Origin: Phoronis australis
Lineage: Eukaryota > Animalia > Phoronida
Assembly: GCA_002633005.1 (NCBI GenBank)
Contig: NMRA01000079.1
Coordinates: 305,798-369,797 of the forward strand
Direction: 5' to 3'
Length of the DNA stretch: 64,000 nt
The notes under the pieces were generated by a model that ran no database searches, had not been told where the DNA came from, and saw only the letters and a program-made list of their open reading frames with translations. Shown here in pieces: positions 9,982 to 24,245 of this stretch; positions within the stretch are counted from its first letter, which is position 1; every line of letters begins with the position of its first letter. The position numbers and the translations under genes were made by a program.

Positions 9982-11907
9982 TCACATGCACAAACACATT
10001 GGGTCAAACTTGTATGATTTGCTGATGGCGGACAGCTGCTTCCCCGTCAGCACCCCGTACTTCTTGCACTGGGTGGACAGAAATTCTAGCGCCTCAATCC
10101 CGCGATAAACCTCGCGACACGCCGTGGATGTCAGATTGCGAGGCACAGTTTTTAGATGTAGGACTCTCCGAACTTCATTTTGCATAAATCCCCAGTCACT
10201 GCTCGTCCCAAGGTAATTCTTGGTAACCAGTTCCAACTTGAGCTTCGGTAAAGCTGGAAATGGAACACATGATCACGTGGTTTAGCCGCTGAGGCCATGC
10301 TGTTGTTGAGTTCATCTGTTCGGTCAGAACAATTAAAGCTCATTTTAAATTGACAAAGTCCCTGCACTCTAGACTGAGAGAGTCAAATCTATGCGACTCC
10401 AATGCATAAATGCGTTATCTATAGAATTTTCATTGAACTGGATGCTACTTAATTGTAAACGAACGAGGCGTTGGGATAAATATTTCAGAAAAAAAAACCA
10501 CTCGAGACGATACTTGCCTGAAGTTACAGAAGGTAGCATACCAGTGCAGCGACACGATACCTGAGACCCCCCACCCTATATGCCGGGAGCGCTTTACATG
10601 TTTGTAACTTACCTTTGCGTAAAATGCAATGAGCATCCAACACAACGTTTGGGTCCAAAACATAAAGTTTGGCGTACAGCACATTCATGTCGATATTGTA
10701 CTGTTCCTGGGAATAGTCCCCTCTTAGTGTAGCGCAGACGATATCTTTTACCCAAGTTCCATCTTCCATAAGACAGAGAAGTTTTGACGCCCAACCTTTT
10801 CTGAAAATAAAAAGGTTTTGAAAATTCATTAAAACAACTCAATGTAATGAACTCGGATCATTTAAATACAAAGACCTGTTGATAGGTTATGAATGTGTGA
10901 TATTTTATTCGTTTAATAATGGTCCGTTGGCGGATAATAGTTGGTGCGATTGCCCTAGGCCCTTAAGTTCTGTCAAGTCAAGTCTATATTTTACAGGTGG
11001 AATAATTCTGGCCGACTTATGAAATGCACGTCTAATATTTAATAACTACAAATTTCCATATAATACTTGTACTTACGGATTGTCTTGCAAATAATCATTG
11101 AAGGAAACATGGTTAGTCCTGTCTTCCACAAGATTGGGGAATAACGAAATATACAACGAAAACCCTGTAATCAAAAATTCAAGGTGTACTGAATTATCGT
11201 TCTAGATTGAGGTAGAATATTTCTCTTTTATTTTTGAGATGCACAAGTACTACATCGTAAGTATGCCTAGTAGTTGTTTCGAAAAAAAATTATCGGGTGA
11301 AGTTAAAAGAATTTTCGAAAACATTTTGTAATGTGAAGCCAATGTTCAAATCAGCTATGCGACTTCACACCAGAATATACAGGACTCAGACAAGCTTTTT
11401 AACACGAGTTCAAGTTTTACGATTCTAAAGTTCGTGTAAGGCGCTTGTTTTCTCCTACCTTGAGAGGAGCAAAGTTGTCGGAAATCTCGTACAATTATTT
11501 GAGTGCGCGTTTATTTCTATGAAAAGTTTCTCACCTAATTTCTTCCACTGGGAACTGTTCTGAAGTCGTTTTAACTTTTCGTTGCATTTTCTTCCGTCAA
11601 CCATTCTCCACATTCCTGCGTCGTCCTTATAGTTGAATATTGTGTTAGCAACTAATAGCGTGGCAAACTGCTCAAAGTCGAACCACGGAAGGTGAATGGG
11701 AACAAGCGTAAAGCCTGCACTACGACACGTGTCTGTAAAAAATACGTCTGCCACACAAGGCGTACTTTTTACCAGTGATATGAATAACTGTTTTGCCGCG
11801 TCGGCCACGACATCGCCTCCGTTCACGAACGGTGTCAGAGACAGTAAATGTTCGACACTCATATTTTTCGACTTCTGAAAAACTCTGTCCGCGTTACAAC
11901 CAAACAT
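9982..11907 (-). CDS. Uncharacterised 3-exon protein (~302 aa) with possible C-terminal SOCS/BC-box; exons 11907-11459, 10800-10613, 10253-9982
   Basis: Three ORF segments join in frame through canonical sites (AG|gtagga, ttcag|A; G|gtaagt, ttccag|CT) with matching phases 2 and 1. C-terminus KTVPRNLTSTACREVYRGI resembles PxxLxxx(C/A)xxxV. Start codon uncertain. Confidence 0.6.
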
Positions 11908-13074
11908 GGTTGGAATCACACTGCGGCATTTGCCCTTTTCCTTTTGATCTCAGTGAGTTTGCCAGTCTTGCAATCTTTGCAATAGTCCCCCTTTGACTGA
12001 TCGACCCAGACAATGACTTTCCAAGACGATATGCTCATAAGCCTGGTTCGGTTATAACACTGTGCGTCTTTAAGCGATTAATCATATGGCTCGCTCAGGG
12101 TGTTGTCTCGCCCAGGATGTTGACTCGCTCAGTGCCCGGGTGGCACCGTCCTTCTAGGACTGTGTGAAGTATTAGCGCAATGTTGCAGAAAGTTACGTAA
12201 CAACCCACTGAAGTTAACTTACTAGGCCACGGGCATTGTAATCGCAAAAGTAAAATTTGTATTAGAACGTGGAAAACGTAAACACCTTATGCATGCGTGT
12301 AAGCCACTCGGAATTCCTTCAGGCTCGACGAATGAATAAAATTATCTAAACAAGAAAGTGTGTGCGGCGTATCACTAATCATTAGGGCCCAGAACACGAT
12401 CGTGTCAGTGGTAATCATAATCACAGCAGAAATGTTTATTGTATCTTGGCCATGGTCTCATTATACAATTTTCTATACAACTTTGACATGGTAAAAGCTC
12501 CACTGGCTTTAGTGGCCCTGTTGCTTTTGAACTCAGTGATGTGGTACTCGAGCATTCATCATGATAATAAATGTCCGTCCAAGATGGTTAGGGTAGTGTG
12601 TTGCCCCACAGCAAAACGACTACTGGACGTTTCGCTGTGCAACTCATTATACATGTAGTATAAAAAATACCGGTGACTCGGAGAAGATGGATGCAAACTG
12701 AGCAAAGTCCCGGTGATTCCACAAGACTGCATTTTCGCTGTTTTTAACTGGCTAGAAACGACTGAGAAATTAAGCCTTTTACTCAATACTCAATATCTCA
12801 TTAACGTGATGACTCGAGATTCTATTTCTATCAATACGACACGTCGAATCATCAGTGACTCCCGAATACTATATCTCTTTAGCGTAAAGCTATTGTAGTT
12901 GCATGGCAATGCAACCTCGTCATTGTGACTGAAGGTTCTCCACGAAAAAGGGCAATTTTACAGAAATTAACATTGTAGCGCGGAATCTAAGCAATATTAG
13001 CTTCACAAGGGGCCGATCGAACGCTCTTTCTTTGAGCCAAATCTGGCGCGGTAAATATTAAGTCCCCCTCCCGT

Positions 13075-13220
13075 TTACTAGTAACGCTAGGGCCTCGCTC
13101 CAGTCTAAAAGCAAGATTTCGCGTGATTACTTGAGATATTGCCGTGTATTTCAAATGAGATCACGTGACTTCGGCTAGACTTAGGTCTAGCGTAGGTCCT
13201 AGCGTTACTGAAGGCACGCC
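13075..13220 (+). mobile_element. Dispersed repeat / MITE (second copy at 32005-32158)
   Basis: Shared aaaagcaaga..tcgcg.gattac.tgagatattgccgtgtatttcaaat...atcacgtgactt.ggctaga; inverted ends gtaacgctag/ctagcgttac. Confidence 0.7.
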
Positions 13221-14131
13221 CGATAACTAAGGTAAGGTGGAAGTTGTCGCTCTGTGCATGACAATGAAAAGCTGATGCGACAATAATGAGGCACAAAAGA
13301 ATCCGTCTGTACGTTACGGTAGCTACTCCCACCCTGCCAGAGGGTTTCGGCCATGCACAGGAGCTAGGCGCACTCACGCAAGTTACCCTAACACAAGTAG
13401 GCCCTATGCGGTAAATCACGTTTTCACTACAAAAGTTGAGACGGATCATCTGACACGGAACGATATGAATGGGAGTAAGTGTATGTGTAACAGACACGGA
13501 GCATATTGACACCACGGTGACAACTTTTGTTGTCTGTGAGGTACAAGAGCAAGTTGCGCCCGATCATCTTGCTCCGTGTCAACTATACGTCTAAACGCGA
13601 AACTGGGGCAAAGTGGAAGGGATCATCTCGATAACGCTTGCGCAAAACGCACATATACGAACAAGTAATCATTTTCGCGCAATTTCTACGATTTGACAGT
13701 GAGCTGTTCGATCAGGGCCTTCATGTGTACTTTAGCTGTGACTAAGGTATTAATTTTTAAATTGTCAGAATATTACACGCACTTAACATTCAAGACTGGG
13801 TTCAATTCATATTTGGTTATGTATAGTATGTCTGCTAATGAAGGCTTTAATCAGTTATCAGAAACTCATCGTCACGAATTACGTACACTGGGGATAATTA
13901 AAAGCACCATAACAACAATTAACGACAGTGAGCTGTGGCTCCCGCACATTTGCATCTTTGCGCATGAGCACTCCATATTCCTGCCTACAACTTCTGCCTT
14001 GAGTTGTGTGTGTATGAAACGGCTGCTTGACACTGATCGTCTTGCGTGGTGTCAGTTGCGCCGTGTCAAAAGCTAATGCTTTAACGGGATTGACAACGGC
14101 ACGATTTCAGTGAAAATGGTCGGTTTTCAAT

Positions 14132-14174
14132 GATATATATATATATATATAAATATATTTATATATATATATAT
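14132..14174. repeat. (AT)n microsatellite
   Basis: atatatatatatatatataaatatatttatatatatatatat. Confidence 0.9.
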
Positions 14175-14389
14175 CCCCGTCTAAGCTAATAACTTTAAGT
14201 AGTTTAACCCATCCAACAATATCAAAAACGATATCTCTTTAGTTACCAGTTCATTCTGCAAAAAGTCATGAATTGGATGGGCGTGGTAATGCTTTCAAAT
14301 TGCGAAGGACTGCGATTAAAAACTCTACATACACATACAATGTCAAAATTCGAAGCTAAATCCAAAAATCCAAACCTGACGTTGTTACT

Positions 14390-14800
14390 TTTCAGGAATT
14401 TTCACTAGATATCCCAATTAATGGAAACACGGTGCTTCTCACAAGCAGGAAACCGGGATGACGTAGATTATCATCCCAAAGATGACTGAATAAAATCGAG
14501 AAAATTAACTGTTCAATAACTTTAGATAAAGAACAGAGCAATGTTATTGTCAGTAATTTGTATGTTGAGTGATTTTTTCTTTGTATTGGTAACACGATCT
14601 TATGTTATTCCCAACAGATGGAGCAATTAGAAGACAGCTACTTTGTTTAAAAGCACAGTTAATGGACCGACAGTAGCTGGACACATATTTGCATGATGTT
14701 GTTAAATGTGTTATCAGAAACATCGCCATTTTTCAAGCCAGTTTCTTGTAAAAGTCTTCTTACCTCTGAGGAGTCAATTCGAGGTTATCCACTTCAACCA
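14390..14800 (-). mobile_element. Degenerate non-LTR retrotransposon (CR1/L2-like) reverse transcriptase fragment
   Basis: Minus-strand VLPIQRK...ITLLCSLSKVIEQLIFSILFSHL...GFLLVRST matches the RT motif PI.K....YRPISLL..LSKV.E..I...L..HL....GF...RST; stops and frameshifts present. Confidence 0.7.
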
Positions 14801-15039
14801 TGCTGCATTATGATATTATTAAATGATGACGTACGGTCTGACGCGACACGATTTGGACCCATAAATATGAATAAAAATGCACTGTCACGTCACACCAGAA
14901 AAATTTTGAAGGCGATGGATTCTTTGATGCAGGTAATCGCGGGGACAATTTAGGACTTGAAATTTGTAGGAAATGACGTATTTTGACTAATCGGTGTGCC
15001 CCCATGGCACGTTCTCGGGGAGTTGAGAAGGTTGACCAG

Positions 15040-15287
15040 GGGCCCGTTCCAAGAAACTGACTTAAGTTCATTATTGACTTAAGTCTAAGATTTGTCTTAA
15101 CTTCCAAACTTTGAAACTTCCATATCTGGTAAATTCATCAAAATTAAGCCAAAACGTACGTCAAACACTTAAATCAAGCTTAACATCTCTTTCTTGAAAT
15201 GATTTTGAGACAAATTGAACTTCTATTTTAAAATTTAGTAAAATTTAGGAATTGTCTTAGCTAAGTCAGTTTTGTTGGAACGGGCCC
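15040..15287. mobile_element. PIF/Harbinger-like MITE
   Basis: TIRs gggcccgttccaagaaactgactta ... ctaagtcagttttgttggaacgggccc, flanked by CAG/CTG (CWG). Confidence 0.75.
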
Positions 15288-15795
15288 CTGGTCTATAGCC
15301 AGATAATAATTTTCAAATTTCGTTGTAATTTACTGCGCTACGTGAATCTGGTCTGATTATTATCACTGTTTTTATTTTAGGCATTTAATTTTATTTCAAT
15401 GGGTGTAAAACGTCAAAATGATGTACTAAACAAGCGGATAGGGTTTACTGGAGACGTTATACGTAGAGAAATCTTTTAAAATTAACTCGGCCTTTCATCA
15501 ATAAATTTGTCTTTGGCATACCTCCTGCATTTTATGTTAAAATATGAAAAGCAACTCAAATTTGATGTGCAAACTTTACAATTTCCAATATTCCTTTGAT
15601 TTTTTTAAATTATTTTGATTTTTCTGTACTAGACCCTCTCAATAGTTTTCGTTGTTGTGTACAATTTGTGACAGGACCACGGTCTATTTGTTAAGACTGG
15701 ACCATTTGTCTCTAAATTGGAGGTGTCTTTCTGTGGAGTATTTCTAGTATATGGCATTTTGCATGTTTATTGGAGTGTTTTTCTTGAGACACCTG

Positions 15796-16196
15796 GGCCC
15801 GGTCTCCAACCTTTTTACTCGAAATGGAACTCGAAATTAGGTTTGGCATTTTCTACTCTACTTTTGGGTGAACTCAAGATAAGTGTCTATTACTCTATGC
15901 TCGAGTACACAATAACTTACGTAGATAATTTATTGCCCTTAGTTCACAGTTTTTAAACCCAATATTAAAGCAATAAGATCGAGTTTGAACTCGAAATTTC
16001 GAGTTTTTACTCGAGTTTGTAGCACGAATATAAGGGTCTTCAAGGGCAAACTTGAACTAGAAACTCCTATGCATAAACGATCATGTATTCGAGCACAGTC
16101 TCATGACCAATTATCTTAAGTTCGCTCAAAAGGAGCAGAGAAATTGCCAAAAATAGTTTCGAGTTCGTTTCGAGTACAAAGATTAGAGACCGGGCC
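15796..16196. mobile_element. PIF/Harbinger-like MITE with CTG target duplication
   Basis: ctg|ggcccggtctc ... gagaccgggcc|ctg; internal ctcgaa/ttcgag inverted motifs. Confidence 0.8.
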
Positions 16197-17507
16197 CTGA
16201 ATTAACTTATCTTGGATCATTCTTGGGTGAGATGGATGTAAATCATGCGCGCACCCGGGGGTCTCTGAACGTACCCCGTTTTTTGCTAAGAGGTCCACAT
16301 TCTCAAAAATTCGAGCCCCCCCTGTATTTTAGGCATGAAAATGCGAGCTATTTACGCACAGAATATAAAGTCGTCGGAAAAAGAATCTCGCAAAACTCGC
16401 TATTTTGAACTTTAATTAATTTGGGCTTAGCCTCAGTTGAATTACGAACTAAATTTCTTTTTATTTGAGGAATTTCGACTCAAAAGATATCGACTTCTGA
16501 AGAGGACGTGCTATTAGTCGGTACTGCTCGCATGTTAGGTTAAAAGACTCAGTTATAAAAAATATTCCACACATTTCTTGTTTTAGTTTACATTTTCTAA
16601 GGCACCACCATGATAGGCCTAGTACTTGGGTTGCGAACGATTGATTTTTACGTGAACACAATGGTGTGTACACTTTCGACACACTATCGAAGTCGTAGTA
16701 TCTCGACGCTTTTTCTCCACGGAAATTGAACTTTGAGTCTGAGTACATTGGATCCGGTTTCAGATAAACCTTTTCACGTGTCTAGTCTTGATTAGCGTTG
16801 TGTAGTCTAAAAGTCTTGTTTTGCATTTCAATACCAATTTGACATTGTCATTAAGCCAGGATTTTCTGAGATTTTAAGTGTTCTCTGCTGGCATGGGTAT
16901 AATTTGCCAAATATTTGCTCATTTAATTTGTGCAGAAGATAGAAGATATGGGTATTCAGGATCAAAGCCTATTCAGTTATGCAGCTGGTCTCCCATAGGG
17001 TCCTGATAAGAAACAAGAAAATAATATTAGTCAAGTTAACAAGATTGTATGAGAAGAATTGATATGAGCAACAGAGAGTTTGCAAGATATTTGACACTAA
17101 TGATTAAAATACTAGTATGCAATTAAAAATGTTAAAATTATTCAATATTACCCAGGTACCTGGACTTGAGTTATTCTGACGCAGTCCTGTGAGGAGACTG
17201 TTCTACAGCAAAGCACGTGAGAGTGGAAAAATGATTGTTTACCAAACAGCGTTGATGTCTTCACAACGGAAATTGAAAAATCCAGTTAAACTCAAGTAAT
17301 TTTCTGAGTATGCCAATACTGGCCAAATCATATTTCTGTTTACTTACTCATATCTCTAGTCTAAAGGTTCACATACACGACTCTCCTCCTGACCGGAAGT
17401 TACGTAAGGTCTGAACTGTTACCCGTAGATATATATGTAGGCCTATAGTTTTTATTTTGTCGTCTTCTGCTTTCCAAAAAGTGTTAGGAAAACACCCTGG
17501 GCGAAGC

Positions 17508-20500
17508 ATGCATTGCCCGACAGATTGTCGTGACTCCGCGCAACGGATACTCAGTTTCGTGGCGGCGATGTCTGGTCTCTTGGGATGCGGTATCACGGGG
17601 GCTTTTACCGTGTTCGCCAATGATATCAAGGATGCGTTCAATATGACACAAAGCGAAGGTGGGCATGGTAGACTTAATTGATACGATTTAATTAAATGGA
17701 GTTTGAAGCGACAGTTCAAAAGTCGCTACCAAAATGTTGAATTATTATGTAGGCCAGTAGGAAGTGGGCGGAACGTGTCCCCCCCCCCTCTAATAATTTG
17801 TAGGAATCAGGGTGAAACCGTAGCAACCCTTCTCTGGCGGGGGCAATTTAGTCTTCTGACTGTCCTTCCCTTCGTTTGTTAAACTGTATATCATGACAAG
17901 AACTAGCAAGGCATTAGCTTTTCATTAACACAAACTTTATTAAAGTCACGACAGTGTACTTTCTGTTGGCCAGCTTGATGTACACTCGCTCATACTCTCT
18001 GTATAACTTCCGATCTTCCGGTGTGTGCAGTTGTAACGCAAATTGTCAAAAGACATTGCAAACAAACAAGTTAAGATAGTAGATATATTTTGAGAGGAAA
18101 TTGCCATCCTCAGGTAATTGGTAGGGAGCGAAATAAGCAATATAATCTGGTATTATCTAACATGGGCGGAAAATAAAGTCTAGGAAAGGAATAGTAGACA
18201 ATACCACTATTCGTTATATAGCAAATGATCCATTTCGGTTAAAGATTTCGGAGTCTGTTGATTAATTAGGAAAAATGTGCTGAATGAGCAGCTGGCAGGT
18301 GTTTACCGTACGCTGGCTCTGTTACGTTAGTCTTATGGGCTTCCTACCCTGTGTTACATTCACACGCTCTGCTTGTATATCCTTCTACCTGATGTCACTA
18401 TTTACTTCACTGTTTATTTCGCTTCCGCTATGTTCATTTAACCAAGTGCCTGTGGATGAGACATATGCACTCGAATTATAGCTACTATTTTAACTTGTAT
18501 ATTACTAGGAAAGTGCTGGAGGAAACTCGTACATGTCGATCAGACTGCGGGGGTTGGTATGATTTTTATGACCGTGCACCGAGGACATCAAGGTGCTCAA
18601 AGTGCTGTACATATACTAGCAATTGGAAACAATAATTTCTGCGATTTTGGAGCGCCAACTTTAACTAAGAAACCGTAACAGGCTACCACTGGAATGAGCA
18701 AGAATTTACGTCAACCCAGATAAACAGTGAAATTTTATTTGGAGAGGGGCCCAAACCACTCCCGTAGGATGCCACGCCTCCCGTGTTCTCCTGGTAGCCA
18801 TTCAAGTATCATCTGTGTGCATGCCTTCGGCAATTGTCAGTCTAAAAATTCCATTCGATGAATTACTGATACGGAAAAGTCTTGATTGTTCTGGCTTTAA
18901 TACGTTCATCAAGTTACAACTCTGGCTCTAACTTCCACCCATTTTCTGTTTTCCGATTGTTCTGCTTTTCATTGAGACTGTCATTCAAGTGTCTGATCGT
19001 TCTGTAGTGTTCACCTTTTAGTTAGGTGTGTGGTTTCCAACTGATGAGGTTTTGAGCAAAGAAACGAAATGTCTGGACTATGTATGTAGCACATAGCGTT
19101 GTTATGTCATAGTTCGATAAAGTGCTAGTTATTTTGTTTTCTTGTGAAAAAGTAAAGTACGTCGTGCAGTTCACTCAAAAGACGCGCTGCTTTAGGCTTT
19201 AGTATTGCGTTGTCACGTGCCGGTCCAACTTTTGAACGTTGTTTTCCTCTGATAACCGGAAACGGTTGATTGATTTCTGATTTAAATGAACGAAACTGAT
19301 TTTGCTTCAGTGAACTTAGGTGGAGGGTGAAATTCTGGAAAACCTATCATCTGACCCTAAACATCACAATGCACAAGCGGGTTTATGTCAATCTGGAACA
19401 ATCCTCCACGAATTTGATGTCTCGGTAAATTTCGACGTAGATTGATGAAAGTCTGCACCTCGTGTTTCTCCGGATTTCTCAGCTAGGAATTTCTTACGTT
19501 GCCTCAATACCCCCTAAAGTGTAATTTTTGCAATGCATGTTATGGTACCCTAAGTAAGCAAATTTCATGGAAAAACTCCCCTAAAGGTCAAACCATAAAC
19601 TGACCGCGTAAAGTGTTCATGCCTAGAATGTAAATTTTGTTAAAACATAGATACCGCTGACTGCCACTTCGGTGTTTGCCCCCCACGGCCCCAAACAGCA
19701 AAGTCTGCACGCCCAAGGCGGGGTGGGGTACAAAATTTACGACGGTCAGGCAAGCTCAAGTTGTGGCAATGCGGAGGAATTCGAAAGTTGGCACGACGGC
19801 GATATCGAGTTAGTTAGTGACACCAATACCTGACTACCGACGGCATGTAATGACAGTGATGGCGGTGACGACGATGACAAAGATCACGATGACCATTATG
19901 ACGATGGTTTTTGTTCTAGTTTCAGTGCTTTCCTCGGCTACATCGGATTCCCCGCGTCTCTGCTGTATGAAGCTGCTGGACCTAAAATGACATCCTTCGT
20001 AGCGCTCATTTTCTCATCATTGGGATTCGCTCTGATGTTCATGGCTTCCCAGCAGACGGTGTTTTTCACTAAATTTACGTGGTTGTTGTCTGTGTTCTAT
20101 TTTATTGGATGTAAGTTGACAATATCAGTAAAAATGCGTAAACGTCTACTTCTGTCAAACCAAGCGTTCTGAAAATGCTACTGTCTCGGGCTGTGGAAAG
20201 TTCAGAAATGCTTTACCAAATTACTAGTTACAAACAGCCGGAGTTGCAAGTTAGGCAAATTATTGACGAACTCGTCGAATGCAGGGTATCTTAAAATGAT
20301 GGGACACTTCTTACATAAAATATCTCGAAATAGAGATAATGTATTTAAGAGATTTTTGGTGGCAGCATAAACAAGGCGTGGGGCATTTTACTTTGAAACT
20401 TGAATTTTCCGAATGGACGCCTCCGGCGCGTGAAGACCCATTTGTGAAACAAGGCACTTCGTGAAGTGATGTTTTTAATGTTTCCAGGGGTTGGCATCCT

Positions 20501-22134
20501 TTTTAATTTGCTCATTTGAAACGTATCTCAGTTTGATCTTAGTCACCCATGCAGCACTTTGAAATAAGGAAACCAACACGACTTCCCGAACTGCCTCTTT
20601 TTAAGATTTGAAGATGTTCCCTGGCCCTGGTGCTGGGACACATGAATCTACTTGACTATATTGTGTCGATTCTAAAAACGAGTCAACGTAGAACAACTGC
20701 AAAAACCCTACTAAGAACAGCATTCATAGAGAGATTGCTAGCACACCAGGTTGAGGTCCGTGCACCACAAGAAACTAACTCGCACACGCGAGCTTGCTTG
20801 GTTCAGAAAGTGGACGAAATGGAGTGGATTTATAGTTAAAATCTATTATAATCTAAGGTGGTTAAAATAATTCACAAACGTAGCTATCTCGACTTTCTAG
20901 CATTAAGAGGGTTGACCTTTTTGAAGTAATAAGCCGTCGTATGGATAACGTTGTCACACTCAAAATTTGATTTTTTTTGCATTTTGCACGTTTTTGTCAG
21001 CATCGTGCGATTTTGGCGAACACTTCAATGTCCTCGCTATTATTGTGAATGAATTCTTTTTCAGGTAACGGCAGCGTTTTCACCTATATGAGTTCATTGC
21101 TCACAAACATGTACAACACGAGTAAGTCGCACGTGGGCCTGGTGGTCTCGCTGTCTGACTCCGTGTCATACGCCAGCGCCATTTTGTTTTCGGTCATTCG
21201 TTACTTCGTTTCCCAAACCAACAAGGAAGACATTCTGGGAACTTCGTTTTTAACAGTGAGTGGACTGCTCTTCACAGTTAATTTGTTGGGAGTGGCGTTT
21301 CTCAAGCAGATGCGTGTCCAAAATGAAAATCCAGATCCACAGTTATCGCCAATAAACAATAACTTTACAGTCAAAGCTCAAAACTACGAAACATTCAAAG
21401 AAAAGGAAAGCTCTAACTCACATGCGCAACTAAATGATGCTAATTACAACAAATTATACAAGTTCAAGGATGTTTTGACAAACTGTAAAGTGCAAATGCT
21501 GATTTCTATGACAGTTCTGGCATTGAGTGTTAACATTATGTTTGTGGAAAACAGCACGACCGTCCTCAGGTCGGCTCATCTTTCCGATTACTACACCCTC
21601 GTTACCATAATTCTACCGTTAGTGGGTCTTATTGTAAATTGCATTGTATGTTACCTATCAGACAAGCTTGTTCATAAAGTAAACAGAAGCGTGTTTACTC
21701 TGGTACTTAATGCGGTACATTTGGCCGCCCAGTTGTGCCTGCTGTTCAAAGCCATGTCGTTCACGTGGATCATCAGTGCAGTCGTATTTGAAGCCATTTC
21801 CGGTCCTGCGCTGTTTTCGCTTTGTGCAACCATCATGAGCGAACAGCATGTGGTGGTTGCACGTGGAAACTTCGGAACACTCTGGAGTGTAGTAATGTTG
21901 CTCAACGCCTGTGGGGGGCTTGGGTGTAACGCGCTATTTGGCGCCGTTTATGACAGCAGGATTGATTCTCAGAATGTTCTTACGAATGTTTGTTTTGGAC
22001 AACAGTGTTTTACTGTGACGTTCATTGTCTCGTCGGGTTTGTGCTTGCTTGCAACTATTGTTAATGGAATGGTTACTCTTAAGGAATATGTTGAAAATCG
22101 GAATATGGGGCGAGTGTCAGACGTTACCAGTTGA
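17508..22134 (+). CDS. Major facilitator superfamily transporter, nodulin-like/MCH1-like; exons 17508-17658, 19920-20110, 21065-22134; frame discontinuity early in exon 2
   Basis: Many hydrophobic helices; family-like motifs GITGAFTVFANDIKDAFNMTQSE, YIGFPASLLYEAAGP, GSVFTYMSSLLTN, FGAVYD, CFGQQCF. Exon 2-3 junction is in phase (T|GT); exon 1-2 junction is not. Confidence 0.8.
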
Positions 22135-24080
22135 CGCAAATGTGCCGTTTGTAAGCAAAAACGACGATCTCCGGATGTGTGTGTTCCAGAATCTGCTGTA
22201 CCTGCACTTTCCGTCACCCACGAACTCAATCTTTTGTTGATTTTCCTAGATTTGTATAGTTGAGTTATGTTAGGAAACAATCTATTTCTGAACTTCGGAT
22301 GTACAAGGTTTCCTAGAATTACTTCTTGTCAATGTGCCGCAATAGCTCGTAACAAAATCAACTATTTCGCTTTTAGTCTGTCGTTTAATTCTTTCTTCGA
22401 ACCCTTTCTTCAACATGAACACTTATATCCAAACTTTGACGAGACTTTGTGTCATTGTTGGCATCTACTGTAAACATTCAAAAGCACGTGACAAAAGTGC
22501 ACGAACACCCTGGCCTCTCTAGCGTCAAACGCTGTAGGCAGTTGGGTTATGGTCCAAGAGCTTTTTGTATTTGTTCATGTCGTGTCGTAAACGTGGAACC
22601 ACGTTAAAGCTTGAGGGTCTTGTTTTTATATAACTAGATACATTCGTGAAAAACTGATTTATTATATTATGTTTTTAAAAATGAAAACACAAAATATTTT
22701 AGATCAATAAATAACTTAGATACCCATATAACAAAATTTATTATTTGAAAGGATACCTAGCCCGGTTTTGACTCATTAACAAATTTTAAAAAAGACATTC
22801 CCATCTAGTTCTCGGAAACAAAATAATGTCTGTAACCCTCAACAACCTTCAAATGTTTCGAGCAAAATTTGAAAAATCCTAAAGAAGTCTACTCGTGACC
22901 TGTGCTTTAGGTGAGTTATACGACAGTTCCGTCTGTAGGGAAAGACCGCCTACCAAGAACCGTAAAATTCTATCTGTGACATATAAAGTAATGAATTTTT
23001 AGTTGAATCCTGTTTTTATCATTCAAGTGGGATGCCAGTGATACATTGGCAAGTGACAGAACGAGGATTGATTGAAATCACCAAAACAAATTAAGATCCT
23101 TTTAAAGGTTGATCGTGAGATGGGAAGCACGGACCCTGAATTGGAAAATTAAGCTAGATTCAAACGGGAGGCGCTGGCCTTGACAATCTGGCGGATTTGG
23201 GGGGCAAGGGTGCAATGGGCCCCTAAAATTTCCCGTATTCCATCTTTCAGTTCGGGGGTGCGAATGTCTAATAGGCAAAATCGTGGCTAATACTCTCCCC
23301 TTCCCCCAATTCAAAATCCTGGATCGGCTCCTTGTAATTGTTCCCCAATCAAGGTCTGAATTTCGCATTCATTACAAGATCAAGCGTGCACGTCATACAC
23401 ACATATGTAGCAGTTGCGGTAATGGCGACGTTTCAAAACACGATATTCTATTTCTTCTGCTTGTCTGCAGTCTCGTACCTTTAATAACTGCTGTGCAGAC
23501 CAAGCGAATTCATCGAGAGACAGTAACCAGTCAGAAGTTCCCGTTTTATAAGTAACTATTGGCAACTCTGATTTGACCAGATGTTTTATGACGTGTATCT
23601 ACGTACGGGCTCGGAATAGTAGAACTTATGCAAAGCCGCCTGTCAACAATCTCCGATTTATTGCCTAATATGGAAAATTGTAGCGCAGTCAGACACGCCC
23701 TATTTCGAGTGACAGGTAGCATAAGAATTTTTCAATGGATTATGTATTCAACACTTAAACTGAAGCAGGTTACTCAAAGACACAAAACAATGGCGCTTCG
23801 ACATTTTCCATCTCTCATCCAGTGCGTTTTCAAGTACAATGAGTTTCAAAAGCCCAGTTTTAAAGACATTTAGGACCCAAGATAATTATGGCCAACTTTG
23901 GAACATCATACAACAGAAATGGCTGGTGGTATCCCCATATCCAGCAGAAAATGAAAACGAAATGATTATTCATCAAACTGTAACAGCATTTTTGAGATTT
24001 TACCTTGTATTTAGCTCATGGGTAAAACCTTGCTGATAGTACAATTAGTCTTTTTCGGATTTACTTACTTTAATAGTTTC

Positions 24081-24245
24081 CAGGGGATAGCGCGAACGCA
24101 GTCCCCCACTAACACAAATTATGCATCCGAGTAACCCACATTTGGGGTTATCGCAGGCGTCAGCCCAATCTAAGTGCAATGAAAGGGCCTCTTCCTGGAG
24201 GTTCCGCCTCACTGATCACGGAAAACCTCTATGCCAGGTAAGTAT
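24081..24245 (-). ncRNA. RNU1: U1 spliceosomal snRNA (copy 4)
   Basis: U1 hallmarks; ATTGCACTTAG variant. Confidence 0.97.

Noticed and set aside
12430-12900. Possible upstream exons of the uncharacterised gene
   Set aside because: No frame or splice combination I could support; stops in all minus frames examined.
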